Below are positions 26,701 through 37,229 of a DNA stretch of 64,000 nt, piece by piece. A program made the translations under genes and the position numbers. The notes beneath the pieces are model-generated. The model was not told the origin of the DNA. It was given only the letters and a program-made list of their open reading frames with translations, and searched no databases. Origin of the DNA: Cenococcum geophilum. Its lineage: Eukaryota. The DNA lies in the NCBI GenBank assembly GCA_050273025.1, contig CP158636.1, positions 1,240,001 through 1,304,000 on the forward strand, in the 5' to 3' direction. How positions within the stretch are numbered: the stretch's first letter is position 1; every line of letters starts with the position of its first letter.

Positions 26701-29454
26701 CTAGTTCTACTAGCTCCGCTATATAGATCCTTATTACCTTTATATCTTTTTATTTATAGAACTAGGTAAAATTAATAGTATAAGTATATCTAATGTCGTC
26801 TAGGTTAGGGCGTGTTTAGTTCTCCAGTGCTACAGCTAGGCTAGTATAGCTTAGTTAGCCTAGGGGGGTAGAAACGAGGCGGTAGCCCTATACGGTACGC
26901 GTAGGAGATAGGTATAAGGTTAGGCGTTACAGGGGGGAGGTCTTAATTGCTCTAGTTTTAGTCTTGGCTATAACGCCCTTAGCTATTATACGTGCGGTTA
27001 TATATATATAGAGCAAATAACTTAGGGTTAGGTGTCTTATTAGCTAACCTAGGTTAAGCGGGTATATATAGAGGACTTATAGTTCTAGCGGTATTTTTTT
27101 TTAGGGAATAGGGCGGTAGTCTAATCTTCTAAAATCTCTGCTTGGTTTACTATATATATTAGCTTACTAGTATTAGGCACCTCTTTTACTATTAGCTAAT
27201 AGTATCTAAGCGTTAGCCGTGCGATGCGTTTATATAGTGCTACTTGGTTATAGTTAGGAATATACTATAGGAGATAGTTATAGGTATAGTAATTAGAGTT
27301 AAACTTAAGCTCTAGGGCGGGGAAGTCTACCCTTAGGTTGTGCTTTTTAAGCTAGGGCATTCTAAGAATTACTAGTATAGAGGGTAATAACTTTATAACG
27401 TAGAAGAGTATAAATTCTATATAGTAGCTAATTATTATTATTACTATAAAGTAGTGGGTAATAAACCCGAATAGGAGTCTATTAGTAAGGCGGAGTAGTT
27501 TTAAAACTAGGAGTCTTTTTATTATAATATTGTGCTTTTTTATAAGCGAGTCTTTATCTATAAACACTAGTGCTATACTACTAGTATTAATAAGGCTTAC
27601 TATTTTAATAAGAACTTATAGGAGTAGATTATATAGTAAAAAGAGGTAGGTCTAAATAAGGATAGCATTTCTATCGCTATTTACTATTTTAAGGTTAAGT
27701 AATAGCTGGCTTAAAACAAGCTTTAACTAATCTAGTAGTATAGATCTAATCCTTTTATCCTCCTTCCTATATAGTTCTAACTCTTAAAGGCGACTTAGTT
27801 TAAGGGTTGGCCTTTTAATAGCTAAATTATAGGGCTTAGCTAGTGGCTGTAGTCTTAGCTAGTATATTCTAATATATTGGTCTCTAACGGTATATATATA
27901 CTAGAGGGTACTTTACTAATAATACGGCCGGTTTTATAATTAGTAGTAGTATAAAGTATTTGTCCGTAGTTTGCGTACAGGACTATTAACTAAGGCTATA
28001 TTAGGGAAGGGAATTATAGGGGTAGGTCTCTATGTCCGAATCTACGTCCTTATCCACAGTTACTGCCTTAATTACTATCCCCTCTATTAAAGAATCCGCT
28101 GTAGCTAGGAGGGGGTTAGCGCGGTGGCATTAAAAAGGGATTTAGGTTTTTCTAAGGGTTATAAGTATCTTTCTAGTGGCTAGGTTAACCATACGCTATA
28201 TAAAGTCTGTTATCTATATAATATCTTTAGATATTATTAGGGAGACTATTACTACTACTACCAAACTTAACGGCGTTAAGGTCTATTAGGTTATTCTATA
28301 GTAATATAGGTTAATAGCCGCTAACGGTACTTAGCTTAGCGGTATTTAGCTTAGTATAGTAGGTATAGTTTTATAGGTTATAAGCGAATATATTCTTTTT
28401 AAGTAGATCTACTTTTTGTTCCTTAGTCTTATTTGCTTTAATTATTAACTTATTAAGCTTTACTTTCTAGGACCAGCAGTTATACTTACCTTAGCTTAAG
28501 GTATCCAGCTTATTTTTAGCTGCTTAGGTTGTATCTATAGTCTTATAGTGCTTCCTTATATATATAAACATAGACTTTTAGTTAGAGAAGGTCTATTTAC
28601 TTAAGTTATTTAGGTGTATACGTAGCATATTAAGGCTATACTTAATATACTTATAAGCTTTATCTATTAGCATGTCTAATATATAGAGGACTTCGTCCAT
28701 TAGGGTCTTAAAGTACTTTATATCCCTTTAGAAAACGCCTTAAATCTTTATTTCCCATATTTTAATTTTTTCTTACTTTTTAGTTAGTAATCCCTTACCA
28801 TTAAATAGGGTTAGATTTTTTGCTTTACGCTTTTTTCTATAGGGCTTAGTTAGAAAAGGAGAGCTAGTAGCGGTATTCTTATTAGTAATAGTCTGGGTAA
28901 GTGTAGTAATCTAAAGGCTTAGACTTTATATAGTCTGAGTATTTATAAAGGCTTACTATTTGTATTGTTATATATATAGTTTAAGCGTCTTAAGGGAGTT
29001 AATTCTATACTAAGCTTCTTTAAGTTAGGACTTTATAGTTTGGCCTTTATTATAAACGGCTTAGAGATCGCTTTTAATGCTAGTTAGGAAAGTTATATAT
29101 ATAGAGAGGTACTAGAAGGTTCCTACTACGTTAAGGTCCTTAGGGTACTCCGGGCTACTCTAGGCTACTCCTAATTACCTAGGTAATATAGGTATAAGAG
29201 GTATTAAAAAGGCAGGCGAGTGCTTTACGTGTGTTCGCCAACGGGGTATTATCTATATTATAGTCGCCTATTTTAAGGGATCTATATAAGGCTGGCTGTA
29301 GTACTAAGATTATCTATAACTATGCTAGGGTTATCTAGGATTTGTAGTATAGTATTATCGGTCGCTCTAGGTCGTAATTACACTAGGAAAATAAAAATAA
29401 TAGACTAGAAGAAAATTAAGGTTGTAATAGGGCGTAATTAGAGATACCATAAAC

Positions 29455-29650
29455 TGTTACGGTGCTGTAATAAAGTAGACTAAATAACTACGTTGTGGTA
29501 TAAAGAGGAGAAGAAGGTAAAAGGGGGTATTGTATATAAATAGTAGGGTCAGCCGCCAAGGCGCTAGTGGTGGGCTAGCTAATAGTAGGAAACAGTACGA
29601 GATAGTACGAGATAGTATAAAACAGTATACGTCAGGTTAGTGCCGTAACA
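29455..29650 (-). repeat. 5' LTR of E5
   Basis: tgttacgg...gccgtaaca termini; followed by TSD cttta. Confidence 0.92.
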
Positions 29651-30003
29651 CTTTATAAGCCCTATTTTAGTATATAATTAATAAGCAAGGCCTCTTATAT
29701 AGGAGTTATTTACTATTTATATTAATGTATAAATTATCTTAAAAGCTTACTCTTTAATTAATTACTTATAATTAATAAAGGGATACCTTATATAAGTATA
29801 GCTTTTCGCGCATACTTATAAACACCAGATTTAAAATCTATAGTAGCTATTTATAAGTTCTGCTTATTTTAATCCATATTTATTAACTCGTTATAGAGAA
29901 AATAGGTTAACAAATCGGTGGTTTAATTTTAGTTAGGTCGCCGAGTTCGGGGGGCCCGAGCTTATTGTATATATAATTCTATTACAACCTTATTAATAGC
30001 CTA

Positions 30004-31720
30004 GACGCGTTACCGTAGTGTCCTCCTTACGTATTTACACGGCGCCCTTGCTTAACAGTAGCTTAATAATCTTGTCGTGGGCTCTACACGAGGCCGCCTG
30101 GAGCGCGCTGCCGTAGCCTCCGCCTTGCGCGTTAACGTCGGCGCCTTTGCTTAGCAGCAGCTCGATAGTCTTATCGTGGCCTCCATACGATACCGCCTGT
30201 AGCGCGCTGCCGTAGTGTCCGCCTTGCGCGTTAACGTCGGCGCCTTTGCTTAGCAGCAGTTCGATAGTCTTATCGTGGCCTCCAAGCGATGCCGCCTGGA
30301 GCGCGCTGCCGTAGTGTCCGCCTTGCACGTTAACGTTGGCGCCCTTGCTCAGCAGCAGCTCGACAATCTTATCGTGTCCTCCAAGCGATGCCGCCTGGAG
30401 CGCGCTGCCGTAGTATCCGCCTTGGGCGTTAACGTCGGCGCCCTTACTTAGCAGCAGCTCGATAGTCTTATCGTGGCCTCTATACGATGCCGCCTGGAGC
30501 GCGCTGCCGTAGTCTCCGCCTTGGGCGTTAACGTCGGCGCCCTTGCTCAGTAGCAGCTCAGCAATCTTATAGTGGCTTCCGAGTAATGCGGCCTGGAGCG
30601 CGCTGCTAAAGCCTCCGCTTTGCGCGTTAGCGTTGGCACCCTTACTCAGCAGCAGCTTGACAATCTTGTGGTGGCCTCCAAGCGATATGGCCCGGAGCTT
30701 GCTGCCGTAGTATCCACCTTGGGCGTTAACGTCGGCGCCCTTGCTCAGCAGCAGCTTGACAATCTTGTTGTAACCTCTATGCGATGCTGCCCAGAGCGCA
30801 CTACCGAAGCCTCCGCCTTGGGCGTTAACGTCGGCGCCCTTGCTCAGCAGCAGCTCGACAATCTTGTCGTGACCTCCATGCAATGCTGCTAAGAGCGCGC
30901 TGCCGAAGCCTCCGCCTTGGGCGTTAACGTCGGCGCCCTTGCTCAGCAGCAGCTTGACAATCTTGTCGTGGCCTTCAGACGATGCCGCCTGGAGCGCGTT
31001 GCCGTAGCGTCCGCCTTGGGCGTTAACGTCGGCGCCCTTGCTCAGCAGCAGCTCAACAATTTTGTCGTGGCCTCCATGCGATGCCGCCCAGAGCGCGCTG
31101 CCGAAGCCTCTGCCTTGGGCGTTAACGTCGGCGTCTTTGCTCAGCAGCAACTCAACAATCTTGTCGTGGCCTCCAAGTGACGCGGCCTGGAGCGCGCTGC
31201 CGTAGTCTCCGCCTTGCGCGTTAACATCGGCGCCCTTACTTAGCAGTAGCTCAATAACCTTATCGTGGCCTCTAAGCGATGCGGCCTGGAGCGCGCTGCC
31301 GCCTTGGGCGTTAACGTCGGCGCCCTTGCTCAGCAGCAGCTTAACAATCTTGTCATGGCCTCTAAGCGATGCCTCCTGGAGGACTCCACCTTGGGCGTTA
31401 ACGTCGGCGCCCTTGCTCAGCAACAGCTCGACAATCTTGTCATGGCCTTTACGCGATGCTGCCTGGAGCGCGTTGCCGTGGTATCTGTCTTGCGCATTAA
31501 CGTCGGCGCCCTTGCTCAACAGTAGCTCGACAATCTTGTCGTGGCCTTTGTGCGTCGCCGCCTGGAGCGCGCTGCCGTAGACTCTGGTGCTGTAGACTCT
31601 GGTTTGCGCGTTAACGTCGGCGCCCTTGCTCAGCAGCAGTTCGACTGCCGACTCGTGCCCGTTCTCTGTTGCCCTCAACAGCGGCGTCTGGCCGTACGAG
31701 TCTTGCATATCTATATGCAA
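30004..31720 (-). repeat. Coding tandem array of ~99-bp ankyrin units (17 in frame, plus a degenerate partial unit beyond the stop)
   Basis: Consensus ADVNAQGGxYGSALQAASxxGHDKIVELLLSKG; two shortened units and one with a 15-bp internal duplication. Confidence 0.9.
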
Positions 31721-33876
31721 ACGATGGCCATTTCCATCTCCATTTATTAAGTCTTGAAGCAAACACACGAGTCCGAAGGAGGCCGCAAGGTGCATGCCTG
31801 TGACATGTCTTGGGAAGTTTTGACTATAGTCATCAGCCTTGTACTGTAAAACCCACGTCACCTGGGTGGAGCATGAAACCAGAGTCTCGTCATAGAGAAA
31901 CGGCAGAGCCACCATTTTGATCGTCTTTTGGACTGTGAGGGCATGTTGTCCCCAATGTCGAGCGGCATAATCGAGGAAAGGGTTTCGAGTAAGTCTGTGC
32001 TCGAAGTCCTCGTTGCTAGGACAGCTACCAGCACGAAATGTTTTAAAGGACAAGTACGTCAGACACGCCGAAGCGATTTCCTGCTGAGCACGAGGATTCC
32101 AATCTTCCCGGATACGCTCAAAGTACTCTTGCGTGGTGTAGTGGACCAAACGAACAATGTTGCTCTCCTCGTCGACAGTAACAAGGCCCGCGCAAACGGA
32201 CACCATATCTTCAATATCCGGTATATTATCTTCGTCCAGTTCTAACTCGTCTGCCTCGACAGCTAGGGCATAAGAAAGCTCTTCGGTAGTAAGCGCCCTC
32301 TGAGCACAGGTAATCCAGGAGAGCACATTTTTCGCCAGCTCAAACTCCTCAGGTAATTGCCCTTTGATTCTTTGAATCGCTTCGTCGTATGCTTCTTTTA
32401 GCGCCTCTGAACCTTTAGGGAGTTTCGCAAGCGCAGACTGGACAGCCTTCTTCGTTGGTTTACCCCGCAATGAGTCTAAATGGAGGCAAGCAAGAAGAAA
32501 CCTTTAAAATGGTAAGCTGCAGTGTATACTAATATGGGATACAATACTTACATGCCGTCTACTGCTTGGACAATCCTATCCTGTATCTCCCCCTGTAAAC
32601 TAGTATTGCGGTGGACACAGTGGGGTAGCCGATTCATCTGTCCTGCCACGAATTGCTTCACATCGGCATCGCTTGCTCGGATTTCCAGCATTGGGAATCC
32701 TTCAAAAAATTGTACAACCTTAGGCATAAAGCGTGATGTTGCCATAAGGCTTATGTCAGTCTTGGTTTGCGAGCTACGAAGTTTGGCTAGAAGTTTGCTG
32801 CAGGTACCATCGCTGTCCGAGCATTCATCTAGACCATCTAGAACAATGTACACTTTGTAGTAGCAGCTGCCAACAGAATTAAGTGCAGTGAGCAATTCAT
32901 CAAGTGATGGCCGTGTTCTGCGATCAGCATGTCGTTCGTGTAGAGCTGCGACAGGCCCTCCAAACAATGGCCGCTCTTGGACCAGCTGTTTGAGGATGGC
33001 AGCTACTAGGTCCGTAGTAGTTTGGGTTTCCCGTGCTTTGTAGTTGCAGTACACGGAAGCAATGCCTATGTTGTCTTTCTGAAAAGTCTTCCACAAATAG
33101 TCAACCGCAATCGATGCGATTATCGTCTTTCCAGCGCCAGGAATTCCAGGACAAAATAGGGTCTGCTTCGTTCCTTGAAGCCAGCTAGTGAACTCGGGCG
33201 AATTGATAAACCATAGACCAGTCCCTTCCTGCCTCCTGCTAGTAAAGTCCGATTGCTGAGCCGGAAAATCCGTAGATGACAGCCAGTCCGTGATAACGCG
33301 ATGTCGTTGGTTGTCTTGGCTTTCTCGCATGCACTTTACTTCAGCAGTAAGAACAGGTATAGCGGTTTTTATGGACGTGGTGTCGTCCCTAATTGCTTGG
33401 GATAGTTTTCTTCCGGAATTAGCTGTTTTATTGTCAAGGTAATACACATGCACTTACGAGTGATCCATCTCAAGTGCGATCTGAATGAGTGATTTCAACC
33501 GCTCGATTCTCGATAGTATGTTGGCCACCTCATCTTTGGTAGATTTCCATACGAGTGCTCTGCCAGCTTTGTGCAGTCGACTAGTCGATGCTGTTGCCAC
33601 TTTAGATTGTAACTGATCAAGTGCAGACTTATATTGATCAAGAGGTCCGTTAGCAACAGCAAGCGACCGCACCGCTGTATGCCAGGAGGCATTTTCTGAC
33701 TTTGCTTCCTCAAGGCGGTATTTCAGATTTGTGAGAAGATGGTAGATGTTTGATGCTTCGGTCGCGCACCGCGCCTGATCTTTGGAAGCATCCTTTGCGT
33801 TGATCAAGTAATTGATGACAGTGCTAGTGAGCTGTAAGACGGCGATGATGCTTGCAGTGACACTAAGCGGATCCAT
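30035..33876 (-). CDS. Fungal NLR (STAND) protein: HeLo-like/SesA-type N-terminal helical domain, NACHT NTPase, winged helix, ankyrin repeats (~1247 aa)
   Basis: Exons 33876-33458, 33409-32552 and 32501-30035 join in frame across GT-AG introns of 48 and 50 bp. N-terminus MDPLSVTASIIAVLQL; Walker A CPGIPGAGKT; Walker B IVLDGLDE; GMFLLA motif restored across intron 2; LVHYTTQEYF; 17 ankyrin units. Confidence 0.93.
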
Positions 33877-34055
33877 GCCAAGATAGCCGAGTACTTGACT
33901 AAAAATATTGATCTGTAAACGCTTGCAGGAGACTTGTATCTGAGCTGCGAAGCAACTCTAGGAGATGCATCCTTTATCGCAAAGGATATTCTGCCGTGGA
34001 AAAGGCGCGTGCTTGAACTTCAGCCCGGCAGTTGCAGGTTTCGTGTTGCTGAATA

Positions 34056-34447
34056 ACGTATTAGCCACCCCAACGAGCCACCCAAAATTATACCAAAATT
34101 AGCTCTCTTTATATATTAATAACTCTACCACCACTGAATAAATAATTCTAAAATTAAAAACCTTAGTATTCAAGTTAATAATTTCCAAGTTTTTAATATT
34201 AAAAATCTAATTCCTTAACTTATAGTTGAAATTCCCCAATAGTAAAAGCACAACTTTAATAATAATAACAAGAATTATATCTAAAAAGTGTATTATATTA
34301 GTAGTATAAGTATATAAGTATCTATTTTTAGAATTTCATGATTATTTATTAAGTGGTAGTAGTGTTATTAATATATAAAGATAGCTGATTTGGTGTAATT
34401 TTAGGTGGCTCGCTCGGGTGGCTGGCTCGTTGGGGTGGCTAATACGT
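34056..34447. mobile_element. MITE of Tc1/mariner (Fot1/pogo-like) type, 392 bp
   Basis: Termini acgtattagccaccccaacgagcca / tggctcgttggggtggctaatacgt are perfect inverted repeats, extending imperfectly ~90-100 bp inward; TA on both sides (34054-55, 34448-49); AT-rich non-coding interior. Confidence 0.88.
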
Positions 34448-34829
34448 TAGTGATGTGGAGGCTGAGCAGGGCAAAGTGCCTGGGGCTCGCCAACAGCTTG
34501 AACCTTTCGGCTTGGGGTTGTATTTGCCAGATAATGTCATGGTCGTAGTTCTTTCGTTAAAGCTGAAGCGCGTTGTGGCGTGCTCTCAGCCCGTGGGGCG
34601 GCCAAAGTCGTGCTGGCAGCTTGGCTGATGTTCTAGCTGGTTACACGACGCTTCACTGGCATTCCGGCTGGTGGCTACATAGCCGAAGATGCCCAACGAT
34701 TTTGTTACGGAGCTTGGCATCAAGATCAGTATGCTTCCGCCACCAGTCGCAACCCATGCACGCAGAACACCAATAATAGAGCCGATATACTTCGCTCAGC
34801 CGCCAAATCCCTGAGCATCGCAGACCAGT

Positions 34830-36047
34830 ATGCCTCTCGCTTATGAGGATCAGTATGTCTCCCTGGCCTTGGCCGTCATATATCACGGCCATTGTCCAGC
34901 ATCCTCAACGTCTGAACATTCATTCATATCCATATTTTACCACAGAACCAATTTCTTGCGATTCTTCCTTCCTATTTTGCCGCTGAAGTACAAATCTACG
35001 AGCCGCGCCTCCTGGGCGCGCGTGAGTGGGGGAGTTTAACATCGTTCACAACTCTCTTATCTCCAATCGCCTTTGCGCGGAGACAGACTGTCTTCGCGCG
35101 TCCTCAATCCCGAGCGAATATCAGCACCATAGTTTAGACTGCAGTCGAGGCAATGTATCCGCAGAGTATGTCAACCCGTACGAGGTTGAATACCTACTAA
35201 ATCCCATCATTTGGCCCGGCCAACTTCATGTGTTCGATACCACAAACCTTTTCGAAGATTCATTGCTAGTTCGTTCATCCGACCCGCCTTGCAGTAGTCC
35301 TTGTTCTCTTAAGAATATCCCGGAAAGCACGGCCGCATCTCAAACATCGGACTCTGTGCTTCCTCTGTTAGTTCCGTCAATATCGTCATCAGGCGAAACT
35401 TTTCAGACTTCAGGTCCTATCAGTTACGTTATCGCCACTTCGCCATCAACTCAAATAAGCATTTCCCCATTGCCAGCACCAACCGGCTTTCCATTCGCTC
35501 CAAGGGAAAGTGGAAGACCTCAAGATCTCGGCGTCCGCAGTCCGTACTCGCCTCCCCTACAGGCCTCTAGGTCAGCTTCTAGTGAAGACTCAGTCTCAAC
35601 AGCTGAGATTAACCCGTCTTACGAATCTACGCCAAATATACAGGTTATTCCTGCCGTCGAGAGCATTTCTGGAGAGCAGCCGCCGTATCGCTGTGACTTG
35701 TGTGAAGAAGTATTTGAGAAACGCCATCTGAGAAAGTAAGATCTTACGCACCATTCACTAGGTTCAAAAACATATTAACGCATCCTGGTAGCAACCATAG
35801 GAACAGGAAGCATACCCGTCGATATAAATGCCCAGTGGAAAATTGTCAACAAAAAGCATTCGGCCTGAAAAGAGATCTTGATCGGCATTTGACTAGTCGT
35901 CATCCCAAACAGTATCCGTGTGCGGCTTTAAAGTGTCCATATTCGGGCTGTCGGCTCGCTAATAAAATCTTTCCAAGGGAAGACAACCTCAAGCGTCACA
36001 TCCGAACATGCCACGACACGCCTGGATCGACGGGACCATGGACTTAG
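34830..36047 (+). CDS. C2H2 zinc-finger protein (three C-terminal fingers, Ser/Pro-rich N-terminal part); start and 5' exon structure uncertain
   Basis: ORF 35026-35735 splices through GT-AG intron 35736-35791 to 35792-36047, giving CDLC..F.....RNNHRNRKH, CPVENC...F..KRDLDRHLTSRH and CPYSGC....IFPREDNLKRHIRTCH. The nearest plausible ATG is 34830 (donor-like gtatgt and gtgagt follow it). Confidence 0.72.
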
Positions 36048-36649
36048 TCGACGGTAACGATTTGCTACCTTCTCTAGAAGAACAACAGGAGCTAGGCTGT
36101 TCAAAAACCCGCCGTATAATCTTAACTTCTTATGGGACTACTTACATCGGCAACAGCTACACAAGAACCTTCAATATACCCGAACTACCTTTTGAAGATC
36201 CTCAAAGTTTGACATATCAGACCATGAATCAACAAAGCCAATTCTTGACTGAAACTGACGTCTGTCTGAATCGCTGTACGTGGAAGTCTACCTGCGACGA
36301 TATCTTTCGAGGCCGTTCGCAGGAATGCCAGTGTGGGCACACTGACTTCGAGCTTGAAATCGAGTACCGCCAATCGGACGGTTGGCTGGAGAGTTCATAT
36401 TGGGACGGAATGTCCTATTGGGACGGAATGTCCTATTTTGGCTCGTTACACTTAACATTCTCGCCTTCACGCTTCTCCCCAGAGTACTTGTTCGCAAAGT
36501 ACTGTACAATATATTCCGAGCACTGCGGGTTCCTCATACCTCATTTCCGACGAGATTGGCTTATGGGATGGAATTATGAGCGCCTTTATTGTTACCCCGT
36601 CGAACCGTGGTTACCCAATAGTTTTAGCTTCTCTCGCCGGAATGGGTAA
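36038..36649 (+). CDS. Possible orphan hypothetical protein (~200 aa)
   Basis: Open frame 36008-36649 with an ATG at 36038, aromatic/Cys-rich, with an 18-bp tandem duplication (YWDGMS x2). No recognisable domain; overlaps the zinc-finger gene's stop. Confidence 0.3.
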   Translation: MDLVDGNDLLPSLEEQQELGCSKTRRIILTSYGTTYIGNSYTRTFNIPELPFEDPQSLTYQTMNQQSQFLTETDVCLNRCTWKSTCDDIFRGRSQECQCGHTDFELEIEYRQSDGWLESSYWDGMSYWDGMSYFGSLHLTFSPSRFSPEYLFAKYCTIYSEHCGFLIPHFRRDWLMGWNYERLYCYPVEPWLPNSFSFSRRNG

Positions 36650-37229
36650 CCTGCAGGACTTGCTGAGGCATGCTTTTACTCCGTTATCGCTTCTATGAGG
36701 AATGACTGGAGTCGAAAGCAGGCATGTCCTGAGATCGCTGCCTATTTCATGATATTCACGATTTATCTTCTGTTCTTTGCCTCCCCATTCCCGCGGGATG
36801 GGGGCTTTCTGATCCCCTTGCTAGTGTCATCCGACATATCTCCATAACATAGAGTTCTCGTCTGGTCTTTGTATTTCAATTTATTACGTGGACATGAACG
36901 CGCCTCTAAGGTTCTCTTCATGTGACACATAAGCATGTACGGCGCGTCTTATTCACGTCACATACATAGATCAATCCACGAGTTCACGACCAAAAATGCT
37001 TGTGAACGTAACGCATGTGGTCACTTATAAGTAGGAGCGACTCTAATCATGTTCAAATAGATTTTGTTCGTAGTACTCCAACGTAGCCTTATATCACCCA
37101 CGGTATTTCACTGTGTAACTCATGATCTAATGATTTAATATTCAGCGAAAGAACAAGAGCCCTCATACTGCTTTGAACCCTTTTCTTATGTGTCTCCACT
37201 TTACGCTGAACCAGTTTAGGAAATATAAA

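Larger units (their letters stand above)
14870..29650 (-). mobile_element. Full-length RIP-inactivated Ty3/gypsy element E5 (~6.8 kb own length) carrying nested E6
   Basis: 196-bp LTRs at 14870-15065 and 29455-29650; perfect TSD cttta (14865-14869/29651-29655); polypurine tract inside the left LTR. Protease relics 'LI(D)T(G)..AL.FIDKD' ~27550-27600 and 'VIL(G)MP(W)LKKHN' ~27335-27375; RT 'YL(DD)VL' ~25850; integrase ~23900-24600. Confidence 0.92.
14713..29967 (-). mobile_element. 5' part of a RIP-degenerate pogo/Fot1-type (Tc1/mariner superfamily) DNA transposon; own sequence 14713-14869 and 29651-29967, split by E5
   Basis: A TIR-like GC-rich end starts caataag (RIP of cagt...) next to TA at 29968-29969. 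From the ATG at 29877 the relic reads 'MD.N.QNL..A..DFKSGVYK.ARKA....GIP......LK' (HTH_psq-like) and continues across the cttta TSD into 'LFPN...IRK....L....' (CENP-B-like HTH). Confidence 0.5.

Noticed and set aside
27352..27567. 71-aa ORF
   Set aside because: RIP-degraded fragment of the E5 protease, not an independent gene.
29440..29454. tggtatc near the E5 5' LTR as a tRNA-Met primer-binding site
   Set aside because: Only 7 nt match and it is offset 5 nt from the LTR; not convincing.
30035..31720. Regularly spaced repeats resembling a CRISPR array
   Set aside because: Units are ~99-bp in-frame ankyrin codons with no unique spacers, in a eukaryotic intron-containing gene.
30620..32860. 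Several plus-strand ORFs with repeated GVNVGALAQQQL
   Set aside because: Antisense shadows of the ankyrin/NACHT coding sequence.
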